DNA from: Tubulanus polymorphus
Taxonomy: Eukaryota > Animalia > Nemertea
Direction of reading: 5' to 3'
Length of the DNA: 64,000 nucleotides
Assembly (NCBI RefSeq): GCF_964204645.1
Contig: NC_134028.1
Span: 15,941,653 to 16,005,652, forward strand
Below the pieces are notes generated by a model, which saw nothing but the letters and a program-made list of their open reading frames with translations, was not told the DNA's origin and did no database searches. Position numbers and translations under genes: made by a program. This document shows positions 62,901 through 64,000 of this stretch, one piece after another (position 1 is the stretch's first letter; each line of letters starts with the position of its first letter).

Positions 62901-63707
62901 TATGACCTGAAAATGGTTATCGTGGTATAACAAGCAAATCTTTTTCTTCTCTGTTATTTTTTTCGATGCATACAAAACATCGAAATTGTAGTTATCCCCC
63001 GTCACGACCATGAGAAAGTAATCGTCAAGATGCTCATCGAACAACTTGACTTCGTCTAAGCCACACGTACCCAGCGGGACGCCATACTTGGTGTGTAGCT
63101 GTACGGCTGCATCTCTTTGAGCGCGTCCATCAACTCGTCGCAATTGCGCGTAAGCGGGATCATTGTCCGCATGCGCTTTGGCTACAACGATGCTTCGTGC
63201 CAAACATAAATCATCAGTGTTCCTTATTTGAACGATACAACGTTTTCGCTGTTTAAATTCATCGTATTTTAGCATCGTTCGCTTGATGCGATTTTTGTTT
63301 GGTTGTCCGGCGCCCCTGGGCATTCGAATAAAAATACAATGGAATATCAACCCCTTAAAATCAATCTTATCATTCGACTGCATCACTTTAACAATTTCTT
63401 CAAAAATTAATTCAGGGCTCAATTCTTCAACAGGTACAAGGGGCAAATTGATGTTATTATCCAAGTTTGGATGTTCAATGGAAAGGCGTATACGATCGCC
63501 ATTGGTTGCCTCTACAAATGATAACATACCGTTTATCACATTACCAATAGCATCATATAATTGTTCATGTATGTCTCTCAGGTTAATTTCGGGCGAGTCT
63601 GCATCCTGCGATGGGTCGGTTTCCTCATCGGCAGCTGGACAATCGACGATTTCAGCCTTGTAAACGTCTGTACTAAGCCCCCACTTTTTGCTTCCCCGAG
63701 AACATAC
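59901..63707 (-). CDS. polB: Polinton protein-primed PolB, main exon: terminal-protein region, OTU-like domain, Cys-rich fingers, exonuclease, VSR-like nuclease insertion, polymerase
   Basis: Uninterrupted frame; NTDDLCLAR...HDNHF, FDFETT, AHNFQSFDG, YCRSDV, VDGYD..TVYEFHGCLFHGC..WEHD, YIDICSLYP, KLCLNSMWGK, YTDTDS, TLPFGY*. Acceptor TTTTCAG ends at 63708. Confidence 0.96.
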   Translation of the reverse strand, partial: VCSRGSKKWGLSTDVYKAEIVDCPAADEETDPSQDADSPEINLRDIHEQLYDAIGNVINGMLSFVEATNGDRIRLSIEHPNLDNNINLPLVPVEELSPELIFEEIVKVMQSNDKIDFKGLIFHCIFIRMPRGAGQPNKNRIKRTMLKYDEFKQRKRCIVQIRNTDDLCLARSIVVAKAHADNDPAYAQLRRVDGRAQRDAAVQLHTKYGVPLGTCGLDEVKLFDEHLDDYFLMVVTGDNYNFDVLYASKKITEKKKICLLYHDNHFQVITSMTAFTCKKYFCYKCRKAFNHKEAHPCFDHCRLCLGVGCKAGNSIHCNRCNIYYKGQGCYANHLKSLASGMSLCDSRARCKACGQFVKREKIASADHDCGIKYCSACQEKRPIGHLCYIGVKKNDTHVVNTEAGVLINPYLQGGKEFDAESLKVKKFVAFDFETTTTEDSIHKVIFGMAHRCWQECKFSTITSDSECAHCGKNEFMFQNETEFCEWLFNDQNRGATAFAHNFQSFDGYFILKYLLDQAIRPEIIPNGGKIMYMYVQQLDLKILDTLNYLPMRLAKIPSTLGLRELKKGYFPYKFCTVENLNYVGALPALEMYNPDGLSSGEREKLVAWYNSQKGTVFNMQQELTDYCRSDVDILMNAVVHFQQLLFDLTGIDPFHSSITIASACNEALRTCFLEPNTIALLPPGGYRPNANFSKMAIIWLRWVSEKQGIRLKHALNGGEERIGKYSVDGYDEATKTVYEFHGCLFHGCPKCYSNPRIKSAIRPTLTIGELYQATVDRAANIRGAGYNLIEFWEHDYHNLIRTDAAFKEFVQSSDILPPLEPRECFYGGRTNAIKLYHKVSEDERIKYIDICSLYPFVNSRYSYPIGHPTVVTENFGDIRQYYGLVKCTVFPPRKLFLPVLPYRSGRKLTFPLCRTCVDEINQDAPCQHTDRERQLTGEWVTLEVIKALDMGYQIVSLHEVWHWSENRTGLFKSYIDKFLKVKTESSGWPSGDMSDDDRLNYIAEYAAREGIQLDGDKIENIPGLRTVAKLCLNSMWGKFGQNSNKTSAKYISDPGEFYELILDSTVEISDIIICNDDVLRVYYKTKSEFVKPNSRTNVALAAFTTAHARLILYTYTEKLGDRNLYTDTDSIIYSVKPGEWEPDTGNFLGDMTDELGRNCYITEFVSGGPKNYSYKVLDTETNRYSYECKVKGINLNYRNSQVVNFKSTLKLITGDTREKLLVNNPGTIKRDIRRGVIYNKDETKTYRAVYTKRAFDPGNRYNTLPFGY

Positions 63708-63790
63708 CTGAAAAAAGTAAAACGAATTAGAAAAAACTACAGACAAAATGGTTGACGGAAAAAAAAAAAAAAAAAAAAAACATACCCTAG

Positions 63791-63925
63791 TCACTTTGAC
63801 GTTACCGAACGTTCGCTCTTCCGAATATTTTTAACCAACCACGATTTACCGCTACATGTAGGACCACAAACGAGTGTAGTTGCCGGATGAATTAGATGTG
63901 TGGGGCCTGTGTAGTATTCCGACAT
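63791..63925 (-). pseudogene. N-terminal fragment of a Polinton packaging (A32/FtsK-HerA-like) ATPase
   Basis: Manual translation MSEYYTGPTHLIHPATTLVCGPTCSGKSWLVKNIRKSERSVTSK*; Walker A GPTCSGKS preceded by the typical HP.T..V.G context; below the ORF track cut-off. Confidence 0.8.
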
Positions 63926-64000
63926 TGTTTGAACTTTTACGCGTATTCATTACGACAATTTAGCTTTTAATGAATATTGTTTAATTAAATATTATTCTGT

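Larger units (their letters stand above)
57340..64000. mobile_element. Polinton/Maverick, left part; runs off the right edge
   Basis: Terminus AGTAGTT at 57340, repeat-rich TIR, PC4 gene, pPolB, ATPase fragment; predicted 6-bp TSD GATCGG (57334-57339). Confidence 0.92.

Noticed and set aside
62643-63755. Plus-strand ORFs overlapping pPolB
   Set aside because: Antisense shadows of a long coding frame with no independent motifs.
63708-63794. N-terminus MTRVCFFFFFFF of the 1297-aa ORF
   Set aside because: Read-through of an intron (GT donor, poly-T tract, TTTCAG acceptor) from a GTG start; not real protein sequence.
52680-64000. One element encoding two polymerases
   Set aside because: AGTAGT terminus, an interrupted ORF and an abrupt composition change at 57340 show two separate nested elements.

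Overview
Repeat-dense, AT-rich animal (probably marine invertebrate) genomic DNA with no recognisable host gene; essentially the whole window is nested mobile elements. Retroelements: a decayed BEL/Pao LTR element inserted in an older Gypsy integrase, a decayed Gypsy element with LTR and PBS, a DIRS tyrosine-recombinase element with ITR/ICR ends, a Penelope-like remnant ending in a hammerhead motif, and a tRNA-derived SINE. DNA elements: a Harbinger-type two-gene remnant, piggyBac, hAT-like and P-like MITEs with readable TSDs, and Helentron-like (HINE) elements carrying satellite arrays. Two different virus-like elements with protein-primed PolB are also present. The first is a very AT-rich, apparently intron-less Polinton-like virus (HNH-containing pPolB, SSB-like gene, penton-like gene, small membrane proteins), seen in three partial copies, whose genes almost all start with the poxvirus-late-type motif TAAATG. 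The second is a Polinton/Maverick (AGTAGT terminus, spliced double-PC4 gene, VSR-containing pPolB, Walker-A ATPase fragment) that inserted inside a gene of the first and runs off the right edge. All family assignments come from motif recognition by eye; no database search was run.
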